A stretch of DNA of 64,000 nt from an uncultured archaeon (GTDB lineage: Archaea > Thermoproteota > Nitrososphaeria > Nitrososphaerales > Gagatemarchaeaceae). Below the pieces are notes generated by a model. The model searched no databases. It was given only the letters and a program-made list of their open reading frames with translations, and had not been told where the DNA came from. The position numbers and the translations under genes were made by a program. The stretch lies in the NCBI GenBank assembly GCA_963817525.1, contig CAWFOU010000007.1, positions 448,001 through 512,000 of the forward strand. The letters run 5' to 3'. Numbering within the stretch: position 1 is the stretch's first letter; each line of letters begins with the position of its first letter. This document shows, piece after piece, positions 28,716 through 38,217 of the stretch.

Positions 28716-29852
28716 ATGACCCGAGCCGCGAAGGCAATTTCCTCGAGGATTGTGACCATCGTAGTAATTGCAATGTTAATCGTTGTTGGCCTCGCCGTGG
28801 TTTCCAGCGGCGTCCTGAACTCAACTAGCTCTACCACAACATCGACCAGCGGGTCGACCAGCGCCACGACCGGCAGCTCGACCACCTCCAGTTCCTCGGT
28901 GACGCTTTCGTCGTCAATCGTTCGCAACCAAACCGTTGAGACAAGCAATTCCACGCTAGGCCTCGAGCTTGTCTTGTCCGTCAACTCGACAACTATTCCG
29001 AGCGAAGACTCGATCGACATAGCGAGCTCAGTTGTGAATCTGCGATCAACCGTGAACAACCTGACCGCGTCAAACGATTGGCCAGTTCAGGGACTGACAT
29101 CAGGGTATTGCAATTCTGGTCCTCCCATTCTTCCAACTGGCATAGCCGTTTTCCGTGGATTCTATGGGATGGATAACTTGTCCAGCGCGAAGCCGCTCTA
29201 CTTTTGGCCAGACCTAGCCTGCCCCGCCACTGTAGAGCTCAATGTCACAAGCTATTCGTTTCTACCAAAGGAGGATGTCGCGAACTACTCGGGATATTCT
29301 GTGAACCCGCCTCAATCTTCACCCTCGAAGCAAGAATCCTACACGCGAATTGCCTTTGGCACATGGATCTACGCTTCAAACGACACCGGATTTTACACCT
29401 CGCTTGGCTCGGCGCTTCCTTCCACTTACACCGTGGTGGCGGGCGACGAGTGGGGTCAGGTAGTGCTGATGCACTTCGAGGTCACCGCGTCCGACAACCT
29501 TCCCACGGTGGGAAACTTCTTGTCTTCTGGCCCCGGCTGCTCGCCAGGCCCTTGCATCAGCCAAAGATTTTCTCAAGCGCTCATATTCAACTGCGCTGAG
29601 GAGGCGGCAACGTCCGCCGGCTGCGCAACAATATACAACGAAGGAGTGAGGTATTCGGCTGCCCCACCAGTCAGCTACACCGTTACTGCTTGGTTTCCGT
29701 CTTACGACCAGCCCAACGAGCCCACGTCGGCAAACTGCATGTATACCTCGTGGCCCGTAGGCGCGCTTGGAGCGCCTACCACGCCACCCGGGTTCGGATA
29801 CTGCCTAGTGGTCAACTCTACGGCGTTCGTCGTCAGTCTGCCCCAGTTTTGA
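28716..29852 (+). CDS. Secreted Cys-containing surface protein (DEWG family, paralogue of 40974-42095)
   Basis: Class III-like signal KA/ISS, Ser/Thr linker, NNLTASNDW, YTVVAGDEWGQ; lower GC. Confidence 0.7.
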   Translation: MTRAAKAISSRIVTIVVIAMLIVVGLAVVSSGVLNSTSSTTTSTSGSTSATTGSSTTSSSSVTLSSSIVRNQTVETSNSTLGLELVLSVNSTTIPSEDSIDIASSVVNLRSTVNNLTASNDWPVQGLTSGYCNSGPPILPTGIAVFRGFYGMDNLSSAKPLYFWPDLACPATVELNVTSYSFLPKEDVANYSGYSVNPPQSSPSKQESYTRIAFGTWIYASNDTGFYTSLGSALPSTYTVVAGDEWGQVVLMHFEVTASDNLPTVGNFLSSGPGCSPGPCISQRFSQALIFNCAEEAATSAGCATIYNEGVRYSAAPPVSYTVTAWFPSYDQPNEPTSANCMYTSWPVGALGAPTTPPGFGYCLVVNSTAFVVSLPQF

Positions 29853-30341
29853 CCTCTTTGGACTGGGTCTCATCTTCTCCGCTGCGGCCTTGACGGCCTT
29901 CACGATGTTGACATAGCCCGTGCACATGCATAGGTTCCCGGATATCCCATCCCTGATCTCCTTCTCAGTGGGGTTGGGGTTCCTCTGCAGGAGGTCGTAG
30001 GCGGCGAGGAGCATTCCGGGGGTGCAGTAGCCGCACTGCAGGCCGTGGTGCTCCCAGAAGGCCTCCTGAATCGGGTGCAGCTCAGAGCCCTTTGCCAGAC
30101 CCTCGACGGTCATTATCTCGGCGCCTTCGGCCTGCTGGGCGAAGAGCAGGCAGGACTTCACCAGCTTCCCGTCCATGATTATCGAGCACGCGCCGCACTT
30201 GCCGACTATGCAGCCGACGTGCGTCCCCGTCAGCCCGAGCTCCTCCCTGAGGAAGAAGGTGAGGAGGTCCCTGGGCTCGGCGCGTCCCGAGTACTTTTTC
30301 CCGTTGACCGTCAAGTCGACCTGCTTCAGCGAGCCTGGCAC
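29805..30341 (-). CDS. (2Fe-2S)-binding small subunit (CoxS/CutS-like)
   Basis: GTHVGCIVGKCGAC, KSCL, QCGYCTPG, GNLCMCTGY. Confidence 0.95.
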   Translation of the reverse strand: MPGSLKQVDLTVNGKKYSGRAEPRDLLTFFLREELGLTGTHVGCIVGKCGACSIIMDGKLVKSCLLFAQQAEGAEIMTVEGLAKGSELHPIQEAFWEHHGLQCGYCTPGMLLAAYDLLQRNPNPTEKEIRDGISGNLCMCTGYVNIVKAVKAAAEKMRPSPKRSKLGQTDDERRRVDH

Positions 30342-30356
30342 ACGATCATCTACCTT

Positions 30357-31223
30357 TCAGATTCGGCCCAGGCTCTGCTTCACGGCCCTCTTCACGTAGA
30401 CGCTCACCATCTCTCGCTTGTAGTCCGCACTCCCTCTTATGTCGGAGGTGGGTCTCGACGTCTCGGCTGCCCTCTCGGCGGCCTCCTCCACGACGTCGTC
30501 GGTGGGCTTGCGCCCCTCCAGCGCCTCTTCGGCCTTTGTGGCCCGGAGCGGGGTCGAGCCCACCCCGGCGAGGCCCAGCCTCGCTTCCTTGCACGCCCCC
30601 GCGCTGTCCAGCGTAACGACCGAGGCCACGCCCACTGTGGCGAGGTCGCTCGCGCCCCTCGTCAGCTTCAGGTACGCGCCCCCGCTCCTCGGCGGCAGGA
30701 CGGGGACCCTCACCTCCACGAGGATCTCGCTCCGGCGAAGGCTGGTGGTCAGGACGTCCCTGAAAAAATCCGCGGCTCGGATTACGCGCTTCCCCGTCGG
30801 GCCTGCGACCTTGAGCTCCGCGTCCAAGGCCATCGCGGCGGCGGGGACGTCGCCCCCGGGGTCGGCCTGGCAGATCGTGCCCCCGATGGTCCCCCTGTTT
30901 CTGACTTGGTAGTCGCCGATGTTGCCCGCTGCCTCGGAGAGGGTCCTGCACTTTGCGTTGATGAGCGAAGACGAGGCGACGTCGTTGTGCGTCGTCATCG
31001 AACCGATGAGCAGTCGGCTGCCGTCCCTCTTGACGTAGCAGAGTCCGGGTATCCTCCCGAGGTCGACCAGGTTGGCCGGGCTCACGAGCCTCAGCTTCAT
31101 CAGGGGGACGAGGCTCTGTCCGCCCGCCAGGACCTTCGAGTCTCTGGTGCTCTTGAGCAGCGAAATCGCGTCAGAAACGGTGGAGGGCGAGTGCAGCTCG
31201 AAGGGGCGCGGGATCATGCCCAT
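30357..31223 (-). CDS. FAD-binding medium subunit (CoxM/CutM-like)
   Basis: AGGQSLVP, IGDYQVRNRGTIGG, SDIRGSADYK. Confidence 0.95.
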   Translation of the reverse strand: MGMIPRPFELHSPSTVSDAISLLKSTRDSKVLAGGQSLVPLMKLRLVSPANLVDLGRIPGLCYVKRDGSRLLIGSMTTHNDVASSSLINAKCRTLSEAAGNIGDYQVRNRGTIGGTICQADPGGDVPAAAMALDAELKVAGPTGKRVIRAADFFRDVLTTSLRRSEILVEVRVPVLPPRSGGAYLKLTRGASDLATVGVASVVTLDSAGACKEARLGLAGVGSTPLRATKAEEALEGRKPTDDVVEEAAERAAETSRPTSDIRGSADYKREMVSVYVKRAVKQSLGRI

Positions 31224-31316
31224 CCTTCAGGCCTGTGAAAACTAGATATGTCTTTGTGGTTTGCGCATGAAAATCGAGTAGCCAGGCGCCCTTGGTAGAG
31301 CGCCCGACTCTGTCCC

Positions 31317-31688
31317 CTAGTTCTGCCTTGGAGTGGTCGCGAACGCGACGGCCTTTTCGTCGACTGCCTTTGAGCCGATGTCCAAGACCTCGTCGACCGA
31401 GGAGACGAAGATCTTTCCGTCTCCAACGGACTGCGTCGAGGCGCTCGCCATGATGGCGTCGATGACGCTCTGCGCGTTGCTGTCCTGCACAAGGATCTCC
31501 AGCTTCAGGTGCTTGATGTACTCCTCTTCGTAGCTCCATGTGCCCCTGGCCTGGATGGTCGTCGTGTGCCTCGCGCGACCTCTGCCCGCCACTTCCTCAA
31601 CGGTCAGACCGCCGACCCCGAGACTCTTCAGCGCGGCGTCGACTTGCGGGAACTTTTCCTTTCTGATTATAGCTTCAATCTTCTTCAA
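31317..31688 (-). CDS. glnB: P-II family nitrogen regulatory protein
   Basis: MKKIEAIIR, GRG T-loop start, KLEILV, GDGKIFVS. Confidence 0.9.
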   Translation of the reverse strand: MKKIEAIIRKEKFPQVDAALKSLGVGGLTVEEVAGRGRARHTTTIQARGTWSYEEEYIKHLKLEILVQDSNAQSVIDAIMASASTQSVGDGKIFVSSVDEVLDIGSKAVDEKAVAFATTPRQN

Positions 31689-31885
31689 GACTGGTTTCGC
31701 CTAAAATCGTCAAACGCCGTGGTTTTACTTAAAGGTTGCGTGTCTGCCTTACATTCGTCTCCGGACTATAAATAGTCACCAAACGTTTGAGTTTAGCCCT
31801 TCGGGAGCACAATTGCAATCGTTCCCAGCCTATTTATAGCGCTCGCACACATGTCCATTCGAGGCCCCGCATACATTCGGCAAGG

Positions 31886-33337
31886 CTAGGCTTCCGGGGG
31901 CTCGACCTCCTCCACTTCGCCGCGATGTGGCGACGGGCCCCTGAGGACGGAGGGTATGATCCCGACGAGGAGGAAGGCCGTTGACAGGTAGTAGACCTCG
32001 TGGATGGAATTGATGAAGTTCCCGATCCACGGCGCGTTGCTGAGGGCGGTCCCCCCGACGAAGATCGTCTGGAGGTCTCCTATCGGGACGCCCTTGGTCA
32101 TGATGAAGAAGGCGACGCCGAGGCTGAAGCTCGCCCCCGCGATGAACGTGGTGGTGGTCGTCCCCGTGGCGATCCCCCTCGCCCAGGCGGGCGCGGCGTT
32201 CAACACCGACGCCCTGTTGGGGGATTGGAAGAGGCCTATCCCGGCGCCGACCAGCGAGAGGGGCACGGCTAGCTGCCAGAAGGTGATCGTCCTCCCGATG
32301 GTCGACAGGACCAGGAACCCGGCGCTCGAGACTAACAGCCCCGCGGTGGCGAAGAACCTGGGCCCGTACTTGTCCGAGAGGTAGCCGCTCAAGGGTCCCA
32401 GGAGCGCGATGGAGACTGAGAGGGGGATGAGGAATATCCCGGCCTGGAGGGCGTCGAGGTGCATGGAGGGGCCCTGGAGGTAGAAGATGAGGACCAGCGT
32501 CACCGCCCCCCGCGCGAGGGCGTTCATGAGGCTGGCCACCGTCCCCGCGGTGAAGAGCCGAATCTTGAAGAGCGAGAAGTCCAGCATGGGCTGCTTGACC
32601 CTCCGCTCGGTGAAGACGAACGCGACGAGGAGGAGGAGGCCGAGGCCCAAGAGGAGGACGAAGGGCTCGAATACGATCACGGAGACCGCGTAGAGGCTTA
32701 TCGCGACCAGGGTTATGGCGAGGCCTCCCGCGAACGTCACGTTCCCGATGATGTCTATCTTCTGCCCCTTCCTTATCGTGCCGAGCTCCTTGAGCTTGTA
32801 GTGAGACCAGACGGTCGCGAATATCCCGATCGGGATGTTGACGTAGAATATCGACTGCCATCCCGCCGCGGCCGTGAGCACCCCGCCGAGGACGAGGCCC
32901 AGCAGCGTCCCGATGACGATTGAGACCTGGTTGATCCCGAGGGCCTTGCCCCGTTCGTCCTCGGGAAAGGCGTCGGTGATTATCGCCCCGCTGTTGGAGA
33001 AGAGGAAGGCCGAGCCAACCCCCTGGAGGAGCCTGAAGACGATGAGCTCCGCGCCCGACTGGGAGAGGCTCGAGAGAGCGGAGGCGACGGTGAAGAGCGC
33101 GAACCCGAAGGTGTAGAGCCTCACCCGCCCGAACATGTCCGAGAGGCGGCCGAAGTTCACCAGGAGGGAGCCGTTGACCAGCTGGTACCCGAGGAGGATC
33201 CAGAGGAGGTCGAAGAAGGAGGTGCCTTTGAGCTCCCTGGAGATGGTCGGGAGGGCCACGAGGACGATGTTCGTGTCGAGGGAGGCCATCAGGGTCCCGA
33301 GTGTGGTGTTGGAAAGGACGAGCCATTTGTATTGCAT
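31886..33337 (-). CDS. MFS transporter (DHA2/EmrB-like)
   Basis: LDTNIV.VALP, GRLSDMFGR, FRLLQGVG, ERGKALG, INIPIG; about 14 TM segments. Confidence 0.93.
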   Translation of the reverse strand: MQYKWLVLSNTTLGTLMASLDTNIVLVALPTISRELKGTSFFDLLWILLGYQLVNGSLLVNFGRLSDMFGRVRLYTFGFALFTVASALSSLSQSGAELIVFRLLQGVGSAFLFSNSGAIITDAFPEDERGKALGINQVSIVIGTLLGLVLGGVLTAAAGWQSIFYVNIPIGIFATVWSHYKLKELGTIRKGQKIDIIGNVTFAGGLAITLVAISLYAVSVIVFEPFVLLLGLGLLLLVAFVFTERRVKQPMLDFSLFKIRLFTAGTVASLMNALARGAVTLVLIFYLQGPSMHLDALQAGIFLIPLSVSIALLGPLSGYLSDKYGPRFFATAGLLVSSAGFLVLSTIGRTITFWQLAVPLSLVGAGIGLFQSPNRASVLNAAPAWARGIATGTTTTTFIAGASFSLGVAFFIMTKGVPIGDLQTIFVGGTALSNAPWIGNFINSIHEVYYLSTAFLLVGIIPSVLRGPSPHRGEVEEVEPPEA

Positions 33338-33466
33338 CCAGTTGCACCGAGAGCCTCTCTGCCTAGTCGCCGGTTTCGAGTGAGCAGTATTAACGGTAGT
33401 GGAGTCCCGCCCCGCCTGGACTGATTAAATATCGCCGCCCCCGCCCGCCCGTGGGAGTCGGCGTCG

Positions 33467-33706
33467 GTGTCAGTGCTCGCTTTCGTGATGATGAACGTGC
33501 AGGTGGGGACTGACAGGGAAGTCGTGGCCCGGCTGAGGGCGCTCAAGGGCGTCAGGGAGGTCTACGAGGTGTACGCAGTCTACGACATCTTGGCGATAGT
33601 GGAGGCTGAGACGATGGCCGAGCTCAACACCCTGGTGAACTCGGACGTCCGGAAGATTGACACGATCACGAGCACCAACACGATACTCGCGGAGAAGTAC
33701 CCTTAG
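33467..33706 (+). CDS. Stand-alone Lrp/AsnC ligand-binding (RAM) domain protein
   Basis: LAFVMMNV...V.EVY.VYDI...I.STNT; no HTH. Confidence 0.85.
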   Translation: MSVLAFVMMNVQVGTDREVVARLRALKGVREVYEVYAVYDILAIVEAETMAELNTLVNSDVRKIDTITSTNTILAEKYP

Positions 33707-33773
33707 GGTCTTGCGGTCGGCACTCGGGCCACCTTATTAGGAACCCGAGGCCGCTCGGCGTTTCGGTCAGAAG

Positions 33774-34103
33774 TTGAGGAGGATTGGGCTCGGCGTCGGT
33801 CTCATCGCTACTGTGCTGCTTCCGCTAGCCCTGCTCGCCTTTGGGGCGCTCAAGGGCGGGCAGACCATCCCTGCGATACTTCTACTGAGCGGAATCTGGG
33901 CGTTCGTGTTCGGACTCTTCATGCAGGCGAAGCGGGAGAGGCTCTACTACTCGGGCTTCGGCGCCATCGTGGCCTTGCTGTCTACGTATCTCTTCATCCA
34001 GCTCAGGTATACGGTCGGGCTGGTCATCGTCTCGCTCGTGGCGCTTGCCCTGATCCAGGCGTTGTCGAGACCGGGGGCTGCTCCCCGCCCGCCGAAGGGC
34101 TAG
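33774..34103 (+). CDS. Four-TM membrane protein
   Basis: Four hydrophobic segments. Confidence 0.65.
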   Translation: MRRIGLGVGLIATVLLPLALLAFGALKGGQTIPAILLLSGIWAFVFGLFMQAKRERLYYSGFGAIVALLSTYLFIQLRYTVGLVIVSLVALALIQALSRPGAAPRPPKG

Positions 34104-36549
34104 GGAAGCTGGCGTTATCCGGGTAGAACGCATCATAGCTCCTCCTCCGGCGGTTGCGCGTCCAGAGGGAGATCGCGAGGATCAAGATGACGGCAGCGAT
34201 GATTGCAGCGCCCAAGACCACGGGGTAGTTTGGCGACGAGGTCCCCGTCACCTCCGTGGGAGAGTCGACGACGACGGCCAGCGAGGGCTTGGTCTCGCTC
34301 GAGAGACCCGCCCCCTTCCACGACGCGAAGGAGTAGACGAAGAGCGAGGGGGACGCGCGCAGGGTGACGTTGGAGGAGGGCGGGACGTAGAGGGTCTTGG
34401 TCGTCCCGGCCGGGACGGTCCCCGACTGGGAGCCGTAGGAATAGGCGACGTCTGTCCCCAAGTCGGCGGAGATTGCGAGTCCCGGATAGAATGTGGCGTT
34501 CTCTGTCAGGGGTCCGGTCACCGTGACGTCGATGGTCGAGGTCGTCCCCGTGAAGGCGCCGGCGCCCGAACCGCTCCAACTCTCGAACTCCCACCCTTGG
34601 TTCGCCGAGGCGTTTAGGTTCAGGGTGAGTCCGGCATCGGTCCAGCTGGTGCCCTGCGTGAGGTGACCGTTGACGGACCCCTTGTTGATGATGCCAGAGA
34701 TGGTGCCGAAGATATCGCCTCCGCGGGGGTCGTTGACACCAAGGTCGGTGTAATACTGGCGGACATAGTCCGCCGAGATCATCTCGTTAGCCGCAGAGAT
34801 GACGCCCGAGACAACCGGGATGGCGGCTGACGCCCCGCCGCCGGACTGTTGCCATCTCTCCGTTGGAATAGAGCCGTTGAGGACATTCGTGAATGAATAC
34901 GCGCTTCCGACATCGAACCAGCCCGCCGTGGAGTTGTTCAAGAGTTGGATGATCGTCGGTGCACCGAACGCGGTGGAGTTGAACTCAGGAGTTTGCGGAG
35001 GAGTTCCGCCTCCGACGATTGAGTAGCTTATCGAGACGTCATATTGCTGGTAGAATTGGATTGGGTCTCGGAGAGAGTTGGCTGTAAGGATGGTCTCATT
35101 TTGCATGCCGGTGGCCCAGCGCTCTCCGGCAGCTCCAGGGATACTCTCGGTTACGCTGGCATTAAATCCCACGAGAGCCCAGATTGTGACGGGCGTCGTG
35201 CTGAGCGCCTGTTTGGTGGTCACAATGGCCGGCGCGGCGGAGGCCGCAGGAGGGGGTTCTTCGTACGTGAGCTCCGGCGCCGAGGATGTGGGGAGGGCTT
35301 GCCCGCCGCCCGCGACCACGTATGAGACCGTCTCCTCCGCCAATAGGTAGTAGACGAAAGTGGTGCTTGTGCCGGCAGCGAAGGTCACCGTTTTGCCGTA
35401 AGTTCCGTTGAACACCCAATATTCGGAAACGCTGGAGAAATCGATGGTGAGTGTGATTATGGTCCCGGGGTCCGCATCCAGCACGTTTACCCCGGGACTC
35501 ACCGACGCGCTCTGCGACTCCCCCGCCACGGTGTAGGTCGCGGAAAATGCCGGGCCGGGGGCCGTTTGTGAAACCAACAACAAGCTAGGCGTAGCCGGCG
35601 TGAGCGTCAACGTCGTCGATGTGCCCGAAGTCCCCGTGACGAACTCATGTGTGGTCATGTAAATGCTCGCGCCGTCGGCGGAGAACGGGGAGACCGTCCC
35701 GTCGCTAGACAAGGCCACGGGCGACTGGGTCTGGCTGTCGAAGAGGGCGGGCGCCGTGCTCATGCCCTGGAACTCGTCTATCCACATCCAGGCCGAGGTC
35801 AGGGCGACTGCGCTGTTGGAGTAGGTCACCTGCTCCTCGTTCCCGTAGTAGGCGGCGACGTGATACCACTCGGTCATCAGGCCGGTGAAGAAGCCGTTGT
35901 CGTCGGTCGGGCTCGCCGCGTCACCCACGAAGATCGACGACCCCTCGCTGCTGTAGCTCGCCGAGGCTGAGGCTCCCGTGCTCCAGTCCTTCGCCAGCAT
36001 CACGACCGTCGAGCCCACGAAGGTGAGGCTCAGGAGGACGCTGTCCCCGGAGCGCACCACGCCGGAGAAGTTCCCCAGGCCGGCCCCTCCTCCCGACGGG
36101 TACGTCGTCTTGCCGTTGGCGCCGTACACCTCGTAGCTGAACCCGAAGGTCGGGTCGTACCCCCCGTTGGAGTCGGGCCAGTGGTAGGAGATGCCCACCT
36201 GATACCAGAACCCCGCCGGAGTCAGGCCGTTGAGGAGGTAGGCGGGGCCGTACCCCTCGGAGTCGGTCTGCGCGACCGCCGTGACGTTGTAGGCGAGGGA
36301 GTTGAAGTCCTGGGTGAACGTGGAGCCGAGCTGCTCGTCGTAGGTGGGGGGAGGCGGCGTCGCAAGAGCCGCGCCGACCGGGCCACCCGAAAGCCCCATC
36401 GACGCGGGTCTCGGGGCGAGGGCGGCCGCTTGATGGGAGGCCCCCGTCGTGGCCACGACGTGCGACTGCGGCACCGAGGCTAGCAGGATGAGGACGGCGA
36501 TGGCCGCGGCCAAGGATGCGGAGGACTGCAACGGCGCTCGGAGTGTCAA
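34024..36549 (-). CDS. Large membrane-anchored surface protein with thermopsin-like N-domain and beta-repeat stalk
   Basis: Signal peptide; GPAYLLNGLT..GFWYQVG and FFTGLMTEWYH; repeats with QQY/F.SW.G.G...Y/F.G; C-terminal TM segment followed by RNRRRR. Confidence 0.65.
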   Translation of the reverse strand: MTLRAPLQSSASLAAAIAVLILLASVPQSHVVATTGASHQAAALAPRPASMGLSGGPVGAALATPPPPTYDEQLGSTFTQDFNSLAYNVTAVAQTDSEGYGPAYLLNGLTPAGFWYQVGISYHWPDSNGGYDPTFGFSYEVYGANGKTTYPSGGGAGLGNFSGVVRSGDSVLLSLTFVGSTVVMLAKDWSTGASASASYSSEGSSIFVGDAASPTDDNGFFTGLMTEWYHVAAYYGNEEQVTYSNSAVALTSAWMWIDEFQGMSTAPALFDSQTQSPVALSSDGTVSPFSADGASIYMTTHEFVTGTSGTSTTLTLTPATPSLLLVSQTAPGPAFSATYTVAGESQSASVSPGVNVLDADPGTIITLTIDFSSVSEYWVFNGTYGKTVTFAAGTSTTFVYYLLAEETVSYVVAGGGQALPTSSAPELTYEEPPPAASAAPAIVTTKQALSTTPVTIWALVGFNASVTESIPGAAGERWATGMQNETILTANSLRDPIQFYQQYDVSISYSIVGGGTPPQTPEFNSTAFGAPTIIQLLNNSTAGWFDVGSAYSFTNVLNGSIPTERWQQSGGGASAAIPVVSGVISAANEMISADYVRQYYTDLGVNDPRGGDIFGTISGIINKGSVNGHLTQGTSWTDAGLTLNLNASANQGWEFESWSGSGAGAFTGTTSTIDVTVTGPLTENATFYPGLAISADLGTDVAYSYGSQSGTVPAGTTKTLYVPPSSNVTLRASPSLFVYSFASWKGAGLSSETKPSLAVVVDSPTEVTGTSSPNYPVVLGAAIIAAVILILAISLWTRNRRRRSYDAFYPDNASFPSPSAGGEQPPVSTTPGSGQAPRARR

Positions 36550-36647
36550 GGAGGAGCCCGCTCAAATAAGCATCGTTTTTGCCGGCCTACGCCCTCAGCA
36601 GACTATTATCGTGGCGGCCTCCGTCGTCCGTGGGAGGGAGCCGATTC

Positions 36648-37187
36648 GTGACCAAGGCCGAGTCCGCGAGGTCGGAGGTGACGGTCAGGCGGGCGACCGC
36701 CCGCGACGTCGAGCAGATAGCCACGAATATCCAGTCGGTCGCCGACGAGGGGGGATACATATGGACCGAGAAGGTCACCGGTGAGTGGAAGCAGTTCCTG
36801 AGGAAGACGCTCATCAAGGACAAGGGGTGCCTTGTGATCGTCGCCGAGGTCGGGAGAGGGAGAGGCAAGTGGCTGGTGGGCGACCTTACGATACGAGGTA
36901 CGGCCAGACGATAAAAAAAGTCGCAGCACGTCCGCGTCCTCGCGATGCTCCTACTCGACGGCTACAGGGAGGTGGGGATCGGGACGAAGATGATGGACTA
37001 CGCCCTGAGGTGGGCGAGGGAGCCGTCGGGCGTCGAGAAGGTGGTCCTCGGGGTCTTCTCCAACAACGAGAGGGCCTTGCGCCTCTACGAGAAGTTCGGG
37101 TTCAAGGTCGAGGGCGTGAGGAAGAGGCATTACTACATACACGGCAAGCCAGAAGACGAGATCGACATGGCGCTCTTCGTGAAGTGA
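36648..37187 (+). pseudogene. GNAT acetyltransferase interrupted by an in-frame TAA (36912-36914)
   Basis: ORFs 36579-36914 and 36945-37187 share a frame: VRRAT..D...LVG.LTI...*KKSQHVRVLAM...YREVGIGT...V.SNNERALRLYEKFGF. The stop overlaps an A7 run. Confidence 0.78.
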
Positions 37188-37200
37188 ACCGGGTTGCCGC

Positions 37201-38211
37201 CTAGCGGCTTTGGCTCTTCAGCGAGGACTTCATCCGGTCGACCACGCGGTCGTCGAGCCTCACCCCGGCTCTCCTGAGCAGGAGGACGACCGCGCCGCAG
37301 GCGGGAGGGAGCCTGGGCTCGACCACCTCCGCGAGCAGCGCGGACGCGCGGATGGTCTCCCCCAGCGGCGCCAGCAGCGGCTCGCCCGCCCTGAAGACTC
37401 CGCCGTTGAGTGAGACCCCGAAGCGCTCGTCAAGCATCTCGAGCTTCGAGGCGGCAGAAACCACCAGCTCCCCGAGGATGCCGGCCTTCTCTTTGAGTAT
37501 CTGGAGGGCGGCCCCGTCGCCTGCGCCTGCCGCCTCGCTGACCAGGGTCGAGAGGGAGGCTATCTCGGAGACCGTCATGTGCCCGGGGTACACGCGCGCG
37601 ATGATCCCCTGTGGCCTGCTCACCTCGAGCTTCCGCATCACCAGCTTGAGCAGCCTCGTCTTCGGGCCGCGCCCGTCGTAGTCCCTCATCGCCGCGTAGA
37701 GCGCGTCCCTACCGATGTCATAGGCGCTCCCCCTGTCGTCGACTATGTGTCCCCACCCGCCCACCCTTACCACCGTGCGGCTGAGGTCGCGCTGGGCCCC
37801 GGCCACGCACCCGGTCCCGGCGATCAGCGTGACCCCCGGCGCGTCGATGAACGCCCCCGCCACGGCGGTCCGCCAGTCGTTGACGACGAGGTCGGTGCGC
37901 TTGCCCAGGCCCAGCTCCATCGACCGGATGCCCTCCTTCACCGTCGCCAGGTCCTCCGGGGAGTCGAGCCCCGCGAGGCCGTAACACGCCGCTAGGCCCC
38001 GCCGGCTCTCGGCGACACCAGACTGGGCGAGCGCTCCCGCAAAGGCCCGCTTGAGGGAGGCGAGCGCGTTTCGCAGGCCCGTGTTGTGGTAGTTGGACCG
38101 GCCCCCAGAGCCCACCCCCAGGACCGACCCGTCCGGGTCGCAGAGGACGCAGGTCGTCCGGGTCCCGCCCCCGTCGAAGCCCGCGTAGAGCGGCGCGCGC
38201 GAGTTCGCCAT
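37201..38211 (-). CDS. BadF/BadG/BcrA/BcrD family ATPase (N-acetylglucosamine kinase-like)
   Basis: GFDGGGTRT, GLAGLD, VVND, IAGTG, GGWGH.VDD.GSAY.IG. Confidence 0.9.
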   Translation of the reverse strand: MANSRAPLYAGFDGGGTRTTCVLCDPDGSVLGVGSGGRSNYHNTGLRNALASLKRAFAGALAQSGVAESRRGLAACYGLAGLDSPEDLATVKEGIRSMELGLGKRTDLVVNDWRTAVAGAFIDAPGVTLIAGTGCVAGAQRDLSRTVVRVGGWGHIVDDRGSAYDIGRDALYAAMRDYDGRGPKTRLLKLVMRKLEVSRPQGIIARVYPGHMTVSEIASLSTLVSEAAGAGDGAALQILKEKAGILGELVVSAASKLEMLDERFGVSLNGGVFRAGEPLLAPLGETIRASALLAEVVEPRLPPACGAVVLLLRRAGVRLDDRVVDRMKSSLKSQSR

Positions 38212-38217
38212 GCGGGG

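Noticed and set aside
24287-31223. Aerobic CO dehydrogenase (coxMSL)
   Set aside because: The large subunit lacks AYRCSFR and no cox accessory genes are present.
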